From contig NW_021836279.1 of assembly GCF_006345805.1 (NCBI RefSeq), positions 1-24,730 of the forward strand: a DNA stretch of 24,730 nt, written 5' to 3'. Shown piece by piece: positions 8,708 to 18,441 of the stretch. The notes under the pieces were generated by a model that ran no database searches, was not told where the DNA came from, and saw nothing but the letters and a program-made list of their open reading frames with translations. Origin of the DNA: Octopus sinensis (taxonomy: Eukaryota). Both the position numbers and the translations under genes were made by a program. Every line of letters starts with the position of its first letter. The first letter of the stretch is position 1.

Positions 8708-8914
8708 GCGGTGAGTTGGCAGAATCGTTTGCACGCCGAGCGAAATGCTTAGCGGCACTTCGTCTGTCGCTAAGTTCCGAGTTCAAATTCCGCCGGGGTC
8801 GACTTTGCCTTTCATCCTCTCGGAGTTAATGAATTATGTACCAGTGAAACACTGGGGTCGATTAAATCGACCAGTTCCTTCCCCCAAATTTCAGGCCTTG
8901 TGCCTTTAGTACAA

Positions 8915-9010
<96 letters not shown>
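8707..9010 (+). mobile_element. SINE family B with (GAT)n(ATT)n tail
   Basis: Full head GGCGGTGAGTTGGCAGAATCG, B-box GAGTTCAAATTCC, core domain, and tail from about 8917. Confidence 0.88.
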
Positions 9011-9032
9011 GTTATTGTTATCAAGACAGCAG

Positions 9033-9253
9033 GGCAGTGAGCTGGTAGATTCGTTACCATGCCGAACAAAAAGCTTAGCGGCATTTCGTTCGTTTTTACC
9101 TTCTGAATTCAAATTCTGCCAGCATCAACTTTGCTTTTCGTTCTTTGCAGGTCGATAAAATAATTACCTGTTGTGCACTGGGGTCGATATGATCGACCAG
9201 CCTCTACTCCGCAAATCTCAGGCCTTGTATCTCTAGTAGAAAGAGTTATTATC
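9033..9253 (+). mobile_element. SINE family B (diverged)
   Basis: GGCAGTGAGCTGG...GAATTCAAATTC...GGTCGATAAAATAA...CTAGTAGAAAAG. Confidence 0.8.
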
Positions 9254-9258
9254 AGCAT

Positions 9259-9477
9259 GGCGAGTTGCCAGAGTCGTTAACACATCGGACGAATTGCTTA
9301 GGGGCATTTCTTTCGGCTGTCTACGTGCTGCGTTCAAATTCCGTCGAAGTCGACTTCATTAATCTTCTTGAGTTCGATAGAATAAGTACCGCCCAAGTAC
9401 TGGGGTTGATGTAATCGATTTACCCCCACCCATCAAAATTGCTAGCCATGTACCAAAATCAGAAAGAATTGTTGTTG
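9259..9477 (+). mobile_element. SINE family B (diverged)
   Basis: GGCGAGTTGCCAGAGTCGTTA...GCGTTCAAATTCC...GATAGAATAAGTACC...ACTGGGGTTGATG. Confidence 0.75.
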
Positions 9478-9809
9478 CTCTGGTTGTTTACATTATTGCT
9501 TTATTGTTTTATAATGCGCGGTTCTAAATCTTTCTCAGACACTTCAAGTAACAGCAAGCTGGATTTTTTTACTCTGGATGTTCTTTGATATATTGTATGA
9601 GAAGGAGATCAGAATTCTAGAGCTAAGATTCTGTTGGATTTGGAATATTTCAATTTTTAAGAGTTTTAAGGGAATCAGATATTTTCAGGTCAACAATGTT
9701 TTTCTTAGGAAGTGGGTTGTATCCAAGAAAACTTTTTTTTGTTTTTTTGTTCTGATACCCTTGGCTTTCCTGGTTGTTGGCCATATCGTGTTATAATTAC
9801 AATACGAAA

Positions 9810-10010
9810 CTGGTACCTAATTGATCGACCCCGAAAAGATGAAAGGTGAAATTTACTGAGTTCAAATTCCGCCAAGGTCGACTTTACCTTTCATCCTTTT
9901 GGGGCCGGTGAATTAAGTACCAGTTGCATACTGGAGTCCATCTAATCGACTGGCTCCCTCCTCCAAAATTTCGGGCCTTGTGCCTAGAGTAGAAAAAAGA
10001 TTATTATTCT
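9810..10010. mobile_element. Family B fragments in inverted arrangement (9810-9850 minus; 9857-10010 plus)
   Basis: 9810-9850 is the reverse complement of 9883-9923 (34/41 matches by eye). Confidence 0.8.
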
Positions 10011-10054
10011 TGTTCTTGTTCTTGTTAACATTTTTTTGCTTGTGTATTTATTTA

Positions 10055-10074
10055 TGTATTTATTTATTTTCCAG
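10055..10074 (+). promoter_or_regulatory. Splice acceptor of the TMEM74-like coding exon
   Basis: T-rich tract ending TTTATTTTCCAG, 12 nt before the ATG. An in-frame TAA at 10081-10083 supports 10087 as the start codon. Confidence 0.7.
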
Positions 10075-10086
10075 CTATCGTAAGCG

Positions 10087-10473
10087 ATGGTCTATGCCGA
10101 AGAAGAAGAAAATCTTTTCCGAGAGGAAAATAATTTAGCCAGCGCTTATGATCTGCTCTCTTACCTTGGTATCGTCTTAGTTATCATTGGTCTAATCTTC
10201 CTTTCCTTAAGTTATGTGGTACCACGTGAATATGTATTCGACATCAACAGAAAAGCCAGAGAGATGGAGAGGATTGAGAACGAGTACAGCGACCGACGGT
10301 TCATGCTGGATATTTTCGCAACAATCGGAGCCGCCTGTGTTGGGCTGAGTGGGTTAATGGTATCTGTGATATTAACGAGACATATTTGCTCTGTAATGCA
10401 TGCAGACGATAGCCCTGATGTTGAAAATGCCGACACTAAGGCGCGCTTTTTGTACGGATCTATCAAACATTAA
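10087..10473 (+). CDS. TMEM74: TMEM74/TMEM74B-family two-pass membrane protein (128 aa)
   Basis: Two hydrophobic helices (LLSYLGIVLVIIGLIFLSLSYVV and IFATIGAACVGLSGLMVSVILT). The motifs SYVVPRE, AREMERIE and C-terminal LYGSI match recalled vertebrate TMEM74/74B motifs (SYIVPRE, AREMERLE, LYGSF/TYGSI). Complex sequence with a clean ORF. Confidence 0.85.
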   Translation: MVYAEEEENLFREENNLASAYDLLSYLGIVLVIIGLIFLSLSYVVPREYVFDINRKAREMERIENEYSDRRFMLDIFATIGAACVGLSGLMVSVILTRHICSVMHADDSPDVENADTKARFLYGSIKH

Positions 10474-10704
10474 TTGGAACAAACGAAACTCCACAATTCT
10501 ATCTGTAAATATAAAATATATTCAACAAATGGTGAAGAATGGCAGAAATGATGCAAGGCCGGACTTAATGGCAATCAATTCCGTTCCTCTGTGTTTTCAG
10601 TTCGAATTCTTTTTAAGTCAAATTAGCCTTCCGAGATCAATAATAAAAATATTTACCAGTCATATTCTAGGGTCGATTCAATCGACTAAATCCATTCCTC
10701 GATA

Positions 10705-10895
10705 TTTATGGCACCTGACAATTTGTCAAACGGAATTTCTTCCGTTCTCTTTGCGTTCTGAGTTCAAATATTGCCGAGATCAAATTTGTCTTTCATCATC
10801 CCGGGATCAATTAACTAAAGAACCAGATAAGTACTAGGCTTGTTATAATCCACTAACCCCTTGACCCCTAAAATAGCTGGCTTTATGCCACAGTT
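10705..10895 (+). mobile_element. Degenerate SINE family B downstream of the CDS
   Basis: GTTCTGAGTTCAAAT...TTTGTCTTTCATC...ATAAGTACT. Confidence 0.55.
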
Positions 10896-10961
10896 TGTAA
10901 CAATTATATAACAAACCAACTCGAAATGCAGTCGATGATAACTTGCTAATTACGTTGCCTG

Positions 10962-11260
10962 TGTTGTTAGTTGCTTCTCGAGCCATGCCCGGCTCATAAG
11001 GGCCGGTTTCCCGGTTTCATTGGCGTATAGGTTCCCCACCTGGACGGGACGTCGGTCCGTCACAGGTGAGTTGCTAGATGTAGAAGGAAAGACTGAGAGG
11101 AAGTTGTGGAAAAAGAGTCAGCAGAAGTTTGCTATTACCTTCTGCCGAAGCCGCGTGGAGTTCAGTTGTTTTGCTCATAAACAAACACATCGCTCGGTCT
11201 GAGATTCGAACCCGTGATCCCTCGATTGCGAGTCCGCTGCTCTAACCACACGTCGCATGC
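10962..11260 (-). mobile_element. tRNA-derived SINE family D
   Basis: Minus-strand head GTGTGGTTAGAGCAGCGGACTCGC...GGGTTCGAATCTC (A and B boxes). The 3' region GACGGACCGACGTCCCGTCCAGGTGGGGAACCTATACGCC...GAAACCGGGAAACCGGCCC is shared with 24646-24730. Confidence 0.85.
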
Positions 11261-11265
11261 TTTTA

Positions 11266-11296
11266 CTATATGTAATACTTTTAGTATTACATATAG
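11266..11296. other. Perfect 14-bp hairpin
   Basis: CTATATGTAATACT-TTT-AGTATTACATATAG. Confidence 0.9.
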
Positions 11297-11925
11297 ACCC
11301 CTTTTCGGCCTGCCTATCTATGATCCAGCTAAAAATCCAGGATGTGACAACTAAAGAGAAGAACGCTGCAACCAGCACCGTGATGGTAATTTACGGTGAT
11401 CTTTCGCTTTATGAACATATAATGGTAGACAACAAACTGAAATGAAGTGAAACGGAGCGAACGGAAATCATAATCGTTAAGAATCGGTTATAAAATAGAA
11501 GTGAAAGGTAGAAGATTTATGTGTTAAAGAGAATGAAACACATTGGATAGTTACAGTAAACTGCTGGATTGTGATTCAACTGCAGCGATGTAGCAAAATT
11601 CGTTGGTAGATTGAATATCACAAGATAGAAAGTCTATTCCTAGATATGTCATAAGTCTAAATGTGTGGCAGTTCTATTACTAGATTTGTAAAACTATCGT
11701 TAGATGGCAGATGTAATACTGTTTGTAGATATGTAGTAGATCTTTCTCGCTAAATACGCAGCAGATCATTCCTTTCGTTGAGATTACGTTCAACACCAGT
11801 TTTACAGACGCTTTCAATGTCACGTCAGCCATTATTTCATTAATAGATAAATATTAACTTCCGCTTCATTTTATTGATTTCAAATTATCGTCGATTTATT
11901 AACGATTGTATAACATTCAGAAATT

Positions 11926-12206
11926 GGCGAGCCCGCAGAATCGTTAGTGCGCTGAACAAAATGCTTTTCTTCCGGCTCTCTACGTTCAAATCCTGCCGAG
12001 TTTAACTTTGCCTTTCATCCCTTTGGGATCGACAAAGCACTAGTCAAGCACTGGAGTCAATGGAAACAACTTGTCTCCTCCCCTCGAAAATTACTGGTCA
12101 TGAACCCTGCAATGGACCGACGTTCCGTTCAAAAATACTTCATCTCGGTCAGTTAAACGCCATGGCAACCGAGTAACCAGCCCTGGGAGCCCTAAGGCTC
12201 GACAGA
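11926..12206 (+). mobile_element. Diverged family B SINE followed by a family D-like 3' segment
   Basis: 11926-12105 matches family B. 12106-12206 (ATGGACCGACGTTCCGTTCA...ACGCCATGGCAACC...GAGCC...GGCTCGA) matches the 3' part of family D. Confidence 0.6.
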
Positions 12207-12284
12207 CAATAATATTAGTCTATCGCTTTCATTTATTCTATTTCCTCTCATTTTGTTGTTCGCCTTTGAATTGTAAGATCGCCT

Positions 12285-12401
12285 GCTTTACTTATTGGCC
12301 CCGAAATGATGAAATGCAAAGAGGACTTCGACACAGATCGCAGAGAACCAAAGCAAAAACCGTTTGGTATTTTTGCCTGATTTTGTAACGATTCTGCCAA
12401 C
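12285..12401 (-). mobile_element. Degenerate SINE family B
   Basis: The plus strand shows CCCCGAAATGATGAAATGCAAAG and AACGATTCTGCC, the reverse complements of the core and head. Confidence 0.5.
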
Positions 12402-14642
12402 TACAATTGCATTCCTTCATACGCTTTATCGTTTTTTTTTCTTTTTACTGTGAAAATATATAAGATAATAAAACAAATTTGTATTAAAATAGAAATGTTT
12501 CAGCTTAATTATTTTAAAAAATATTGCTAAAATTATTCCATTGCTATTAAAAAGAACTTTATTTTTCAAATATATTTTCTTGCTTTTGGGTATGATTTGA
12601 GGAAGATTTAATGGCTATTTCTAGAAGATCGATGAGTAAAAAGTAACCTCTTCACTGGTTTGCAGAATGCAATGACTGTCAGGTAAAGTGAATACGGAAA
12701 TATTTGCATGAAGAATTCTGCTTGAAGGTCGTTGCCTGAAAAACGTCATCCGAAGCAGACTTTCCGAAAAACACTGCTTTAAAAGAAACAGTGCCAGAGC
12801 AACATAGTGAATGAAAAATGTTGTTTATTTTGCCTCTGTGTACAGTTTTGCTGATTTCAAGATAACATATTCAAGTTAGTGCCCACTGTTATGCTTCTCT
12901 TTCGACCTTTCTTTACATCTATGTTGTTCATCTATCAACTCTGACATGCAATTTCCTGCATTAGCTAAACAAGAACACGAATTATTGAATCCCGAATGGT
13001 GACTAGATTTCACTCACCAAACTAAAATGAAAATTAAAAACATTTATGCTATTTTTAAGCAACGGACTTCGGTCGTGTTTTCAGTTTAAAACTAAGTCAG
13101 ATTATTTTGGTATTTAGAAACTGATGTTATATAACAAAATGTTGTTGTTTTAAACTGACACAATTATACGCTTCTTTATATTTTACTTTTAAAACTTCGA
13201 ATAAGTGAAACTTCCAGAATAATTTTGACTGAGTAAACAACAATTATTTAATAGTAAGGCCACTTCCAGCACTTCCTTCGTGTGTTATGAGCAGCGCTGC
13301 AGGTTTAACTAATGGAAACAGCTGCTACTCATCAAATGACAAGCCATAGAACTTGTGTATGGGATGTGATGGAATTTACAATTATTTCATAGATGTTTCA
13401 GTTTTAGTTCTTTGTTTTGTTTTTTGCTGTGAGTTTTTTTTTCTCCCTCAAATTACTGTTAAATGTATGGTTATTTCCGTTGTTAACATGTTTTCTTTTA
13501 TGATTATGCGAATGAGGAGCAATGAAAAAGCCGGAACACAAGAATGGTAAACAACATAACAAACAGAAAGAACGATTTTGATATTGGGCGTTCTTAAAGT
13601 CGCAACAGTTATTGCAACAACAGATTTATTCTCTGATTGTTTTTTTCACTCTTGTACTTCAGAAAGCTAAAATTGTGCTGATAGTACATCTATCCTAGTT
13701 CATCGCGAAGTTTGGTGCCAAAAACTAGTGATAAATGAATCAGCGATAAAGAAATCATTTCTACGCATTTTGTAATTGGAACGAAAAGTAGATTCATCGA
13801 CACCAAATTCACGGCTTTCTGCAGCGAACCTTCCAGTGTATTTTCTTGATCCTCTCTACCTTTTCACGTAAAACCTCCGCTCGTCTATGTCGTTTGTTAG
13901 GATTTGCTGCCTTAGAACTTTCATTGCAACTCTGGTCGCATGTTGATGTATACGAATCGATAAATTTGTATAAAATATACGCAACTTCACAATATCATCA
14001 TAGGGACTCAAACAATAAATGCTCAGGGTATACTGGGCAGCTGAGCATTGTGGGTGACCACCGGGACGCGAATTACACAGTACAAGCATAATTTTCGACT
14101 AAATATCCACCCATGTTATCACAGATCAATCCGTGATGAATGTAACATGGCCCACAATGAGCGTACCGTGTTATTCCGAATCAGCGATGAACGAATGATT
14201 AATAAATGAGACTATATGTACTTGCTTCGGTTCTTTTCCTTTATTTTTCTTACTCTTATTCCCGTCTTCTCATTGTTTTTCTTTTTTTTCTTTCCTTTTT
14301 TTTTTACCCTACCTGAAAACAATACCTGAATATTCCCGAGTAAAATCAGTTTCGTAATGTCCCATCCAGTTGGTTCTTTCACCTTTTGTTTGTCTTCTCG
14401 ATTCTTGTGGGAATTCAACAACGGCTGGATCGGAAAGAATTACATTCATATTTCCTCTCGCTTCTTTTAGCATTATTTTACTTTCATTTACTTTTCATAT
14501 TTTGTTACTTTCTTATTTTGTTTCTTTTTTCTTTCCTCTACGCAGTTCGGTTAATTCATTGTTTATATATAAATATATATATATATCATATACCTATAAT
14601 ATGTATGCATATATATATATATGTGTGTTTGTGTGTGTGTGT

Positions 14643-14680
<38 letters not shown>

Positions 14681-14682
<2 letters not shown>

Positions 14683-14890
14683 ACGGTAAGCTTTATGAAA
14701 ATAGACAAAAGACGAAGGCAGGTTTACGGAAATAAACAAAAGACGAAGGCAGGTGGAATACAGACAAACAATTGTATTAGTATGGCGCTCAGGAAATATA
14801 AATGAAACAAGTCTTTAACGTTTCGAGCCTACGCTCTTCAACAGAGAGATACACAGAGAAAAAAACACAGAAAGAAGGAGAGAAAAAAAT
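14681..14890 (-). mobile_element. Penelope-like terminal-repeat (pLTR) fragment containing a minimal hammerhead
   Basis: 14736-14795 aligns with 18463-18522, the 3' end of the GIY-YIG fragment. There is an internal 31-nt-period duplication of ACAAAAGACGAAGGCAGGT (14705 and 14736). Confidence 0.7.
14812..14849 (-). ncRNA. Minimal (dimer-type) hammerhead ribozyme-like motif, core mutated
   Basis: Minus strand reads TCTCT-CTGTTGA-A-GAGC-GTAG-GCTC-GAA-ACGT-T-AAAGA. Stem III is the palindrome ACGT, there is an A6>U core change, and stem I has one mismatch. Confidence 0.6.
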
Positions 14891-15084
14891 ATGCGTGCAA
14901 AAGCTAGCGAATCAACATGGCGATCTGATTTCGGCCAGAAGTCAAAGATCAAACATGAGACGCAAGAGCGAAATTAGGGGATATATAATATATATATATA
15001 TAAAGTGTGTGTCAATGCATACGCGCACACATATATACATATATACACTGATACATACATGTATATATTTTATATATTCATATA

Positions 15085-15228
15085 TGTAAGTATGCATGTA
15101 TGTATTATGTATGTATGTATGTATGTATGTATGTATGTAGGTATGTATGTATGTATGTATGTATGTATGTATGTATGTATGTATGTATGTATGTATGTAT
15201 GCATGTATGTATGTATGTATGTGTGTGT
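15085..15228. repeat. (TATG)n microsatellite
   Basis: Directly visible. Confidence 0.95.
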
Positions 15229-15447
15229 AATTCTGGCTTTGCTTTTAACTGTTGTTTTCGCTTTGTCTTCTATTTTGCACATTAGTCTCGCCTCCTTCGC
15301 TTCGTCACTGAAATACAATCCACTCACATGAATGATTCAGAACAGATGATATGGTATAAATAGACGACGACTGTAGCATCACAAGTTGATGATAAACATT
15401 AAAACATTCGTATAAAACAGCCATCATCAAACAATCAACAAATACAA

Positions 15448-15510
15448 GCGCTGAGAGGCGCTGAGGGGCGCTGAGGTGCGCTGAGGAGCGCTGAGGGGCG
15501 CTGAGGGGCG
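15448..15510. repeat. 10-bp GC-rich minisatellite (GCGCTGAGGG)x6
   Basis: Units are GCGCTGAGAG, GCGCTGAGGG, GCGCTGAGGT, GCGCTGAGGA, GCGCTGAGGG, GCGCTGAGGG, then GCG. Confidence 0.95.
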
Positions 15511-15751
15511 TTAATAGACAGACGAAGCTCAAGGGAATGCCAAAGAGGAGGAGCAAAACTATGCGACAAAAAAAAATGTTTATGTTTACATATCGCCAAT
15601 GATTAGAGGAATGAGGCATAAAGACAAGCATTACCCAGGGCTGAAAAAAAAATCTACAGAATATGAAAGGTGAGATCCTTTTAAATAAAGATCGGTAAAA
15701 ATGATGGTTATTAAACAGAGAAAATATTATATATCTGTGTGTATATATATA

Positions 15752-15891
15752 TATTCTTTTATTCTTTTACTTGTTTCAGTCATTTGATTACGGCCATGCT
15801 GGAGCACGGCCTTGAGGGAACAAATCGACCCCAGGGCTTATTCTTTATAAGCCTAGTTATTATTCTTTGGGTCTCTTTTACTGAACCGCCA
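15752..15891 (-). mobile_element. SINE family A, 3' part
   Basis: TTTTACTTGTTTCAGTCATTTGA...GCCATGCTGGAGCAC...GAACCGC. Confidence 0.8.
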
Positions 15892-15919
15892 GGAATATTC
15901 TTGTGTAAGAATAATATAT

Positions 15920-15925
15920 TGTATG

Positions 15926-16003
<78 letters not shown>

Positions 16004-16129
16004 TTTATATATATATATAAATTTATAAGTTTAAATTATTTAAATAATTTTTATTTTTAACTTTTATATTTTTAAATTAATTCTATGTATTGATTTGCCT
16101 AATAGTGGTTTTATCTCTAATTTAATATA

Positions 16130-16180
<51 letters not shown>

Positions 16181-16192
16181 TGTGTGTGTGTA

Positions 16193-16227
<35 letters not shown>

Positions 16228-16238
16228 ATGTATGTATA
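15920..16238. repeat. (TA)n, (TG)n and (TATG)n microsatellites
   Basis: Directly visible. Confidence 0.9.
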
Positions 16239-16241
16239 TTA

Positions 16242-16547
16242 TGGTTGTCTGGTTGTCTACTCCATATGCAGAGTTTGACCACATCTTGTACCTACAGCTT
16301 AGAACCATCATGGCATCTGATGTGGCTTTTTAAACCAGACAATGTGTTGAAAAGACACCCACAGATATTGCACATTCGATTTGGACCCCCAAGAGCTGCA
16401 GATATGGTCTGATTTTTGTGGGTCTTAAAATGTCTTTTGAGGCCTCCGTTAGATTTGCAAACCTTCTGGCATACACTACATTCAAAGGTGTGCACAGACA
16501 TATAGGTAGAATAGTTGGTGGGGGTTCGTTTTCCATGGGTTCGCAAA
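16242..16547 (-). mobile_element. 3' end of a probable RTE-clade LINE with two C2H2 zinc fingers
   Basis: Reads FECSVCQKVCKSNGGLKRHFKTH...MCNICGCLFNTLSGLKSHIRCH, with a stop at 16294-16292. A short 3'UTR ends in the tandem GACAACCA-GACAACCA before a microsatellite. No TGEKP linkers. Confidence 0.65.
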
Positions 16548-16715
16548 CATACGTACATACATATATGCATACACGCATGCACGCATGCATGCATGCATGC
16601 ATGCAGACATACATACATACATGCATACATACATAAATACATACATACATACATACATACATACATACATACATACATACATACATACATACATACATGC
16701 ATACACACATACATA
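16548..16715. repeat. (CATA)n/(CATG)n microsatellite
   Basis: Directly visible. Confidence 0.95.
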
Positions 16716-17113
16716 TGCACACCAATGAGAACATCCTGATCTTGATAGATTATTAGACCTTCAAAATACCCACCATTTAAACAATTTAATAACTCCCAGT
16801 TAACCAAGTACTATAATTCTTCAAATCTTTCAATTGTTCCAACTTCGGTAAAGCTGCGGTCAAGCTTTAGTTTCTCTACATAAAGTTGTATTACTGAGGA
16901 AAAGAACTAGTTCTACAAATTTTCTTTTTAGTTCCACTGAAATGGATAAAGAATTCAGTCAACCTTTTACTTATCTTTACGGTTCTGGTCTTTGTGAACG
17001 GAACCATTGAGACATTCATCCTTTGGCCTATTAACTGCGACGTAGCTAACAAGATAATTCAAAAATAATCTCAATATCTGCACAAACTCTAGTTTATTCT
17101 GTCCATATAATAT

Positions 17114-17696
17114 TCGTTTCTACGCAAGGCACAATGCCCGAAATTTTGAGAGAGAGAACCAGTCGAGTAGATCGATTCATTACGCGACCGGTATTTAATT
17201 TATCGACTCTGAAAAGATGAAAGGCAACGTCAACCTCGGAATTTGAACTCAGAACATAAAGACAGACGAAATACCTATTTCTATTTCTTTACTACTCACA
17301 AGGGGCTAAGCACAGAGAAGACAAACAAGGACAGACAAGCGGATTAAGTCGATTATATCGACCCCAGTGCGTAACTGGTACTTACTTAATCGACCCCAAA
17401 AGGATGAAAGGCAAAGTCGACCTCGGCAGAATTTGAACTCGGAACGTAGAAGCAGACGAAATACCTATTTCTTTACTACCCACAAATGGCTAAACACAGA
17501 GAGGACAAATAAGGACAGACAAACGGATTAAGTCGATTATATCGACTTCAGTACGTAATTGGTACTTAATTTATCGACCCCGAAAGAATGAAAGGCAAAG
17601 TCGACCTCGGTGGAATTTGAACTCAGAACGAAGCGACGGGCGAAATACCGCTAAACATTTCGCCCGGCGTGCTAACGTTTCTGCCAGATCGCCGCC
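17114..17696 (-). mobile_element. Trimeric family B SINE with 17-bp target-site duplication
   Basis: One head (17650-17696) and three tandem bodies (17466-17649, 17276-17465, 17114-17275). TTCTGTCCATATAATAT occurs at both 17097-17113 and 17697-17713. Confidence 0.93.
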
Positions 17697-17989
17697 TTCT
17701 GTCCATATAATATCATATGAGTGCATGTGGACTAAATGCTCGGTGTTTAGGTATTTTTTCTAAACTAACAGCCTCGATGCACAGTTAATATAAACATGAG
17801 TTTTACTTGAAGAAAGCAGCTCAATTGCGTTAAATGAATGTGTATAATAAAGAGTGATAAAGTGGCGTGTTGACTATAACTGTTGCGACAGATAAAAAAC
17901 CATGATGCTTCTAAACGGTGAAAGTATTCTCATGTGGGACATAACAGCATGACGGTATGCATGTATATATAAATAAATAAATATAAATA

Positions 17990-17991
17990 TA

Positions 17992-18027
<36 letters not shown>

Positions 18028-18130
18028 TGTATGTATGTATTTATGTATGTATGTATGTATGTATGTATGTATGTATGTATGTATGTATGTATGTATGTGT
18101 GTGTGTGTATGTATGTATGTATGTATGTAT
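17990..18130. repeat. (TATG)n microsatellite
   Basis: Directly visible. Confidence 0.95.
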
Positions 18131-18335
18131 TATCTTTTACTTGCTTCACTGATTGGACTGCGGGCCTGCTCGCGCACCGCCTAGGGGAATTTTTGTCGAA
18201 TAAATCGACACCAATATTTTTCTAAAGTTTGCTACTTATTCTATTGGTGTCTTTTGGCCGAACCGCTAAGTTACGGGGGAGGTAAACTGACAAACCCGGC
18301 TTTCATGCACCAGTAAGAGCCCAACACCGGCACAC
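18130..18335 (-). mobile_element. SINE family A, 3' half (diverged)
   Basis: TCTTTTACTTG...GCACCGCCT...CCGAACCGCTAAGTTACGGGG. Confidence 0.75.
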
Positions 18336-18351
18336 ACATACATACATACAT

Positions 18352-18425
<74 letters not shown>

Positions 18426-18441
18426 TATATATATATATACA

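Noticed and set aside
10212-10837. ORFs 10212-10466 (-) and 10400-10837 (+)
   Set aside because: The first is antisense to the TMEM74-like CDS. The second is out of frame and runs through degenerate SINE sequence.
11190-11260. tRNA gene
   Set aside because: It has A/B boxes but no complete cloverleaf or acceptor stem and continues into a SINE body. The same applies to the family A and B heads.
12640-12740. Possible minus-strand coding exon (NDLQAEFFMQIFPYSLYLTVIAFCKPVK)
   Set aside because: Weak donor, no recognisable family and no partner exons.
13846-14091. Overlapping 81-aa (+) and 77-aa (-) ORFs in unique sequence
   Set aside because: No recognisable motif or convincing splice context; lengths are within chance expectation.
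16292-16807. 171-aa host C2H2-ZNF gene
   Set aside because: The N-terminal half is microsatellite, there are no canonical linkers, and the 3' end looks like a LINE terminus. Recorded as a TE fragment instead.
17114-17696. CRISPR-like or satellite array
   Set aside because: The roughly 190-nt units are SINE bodies without unique spacers, in a eukaryotic context.
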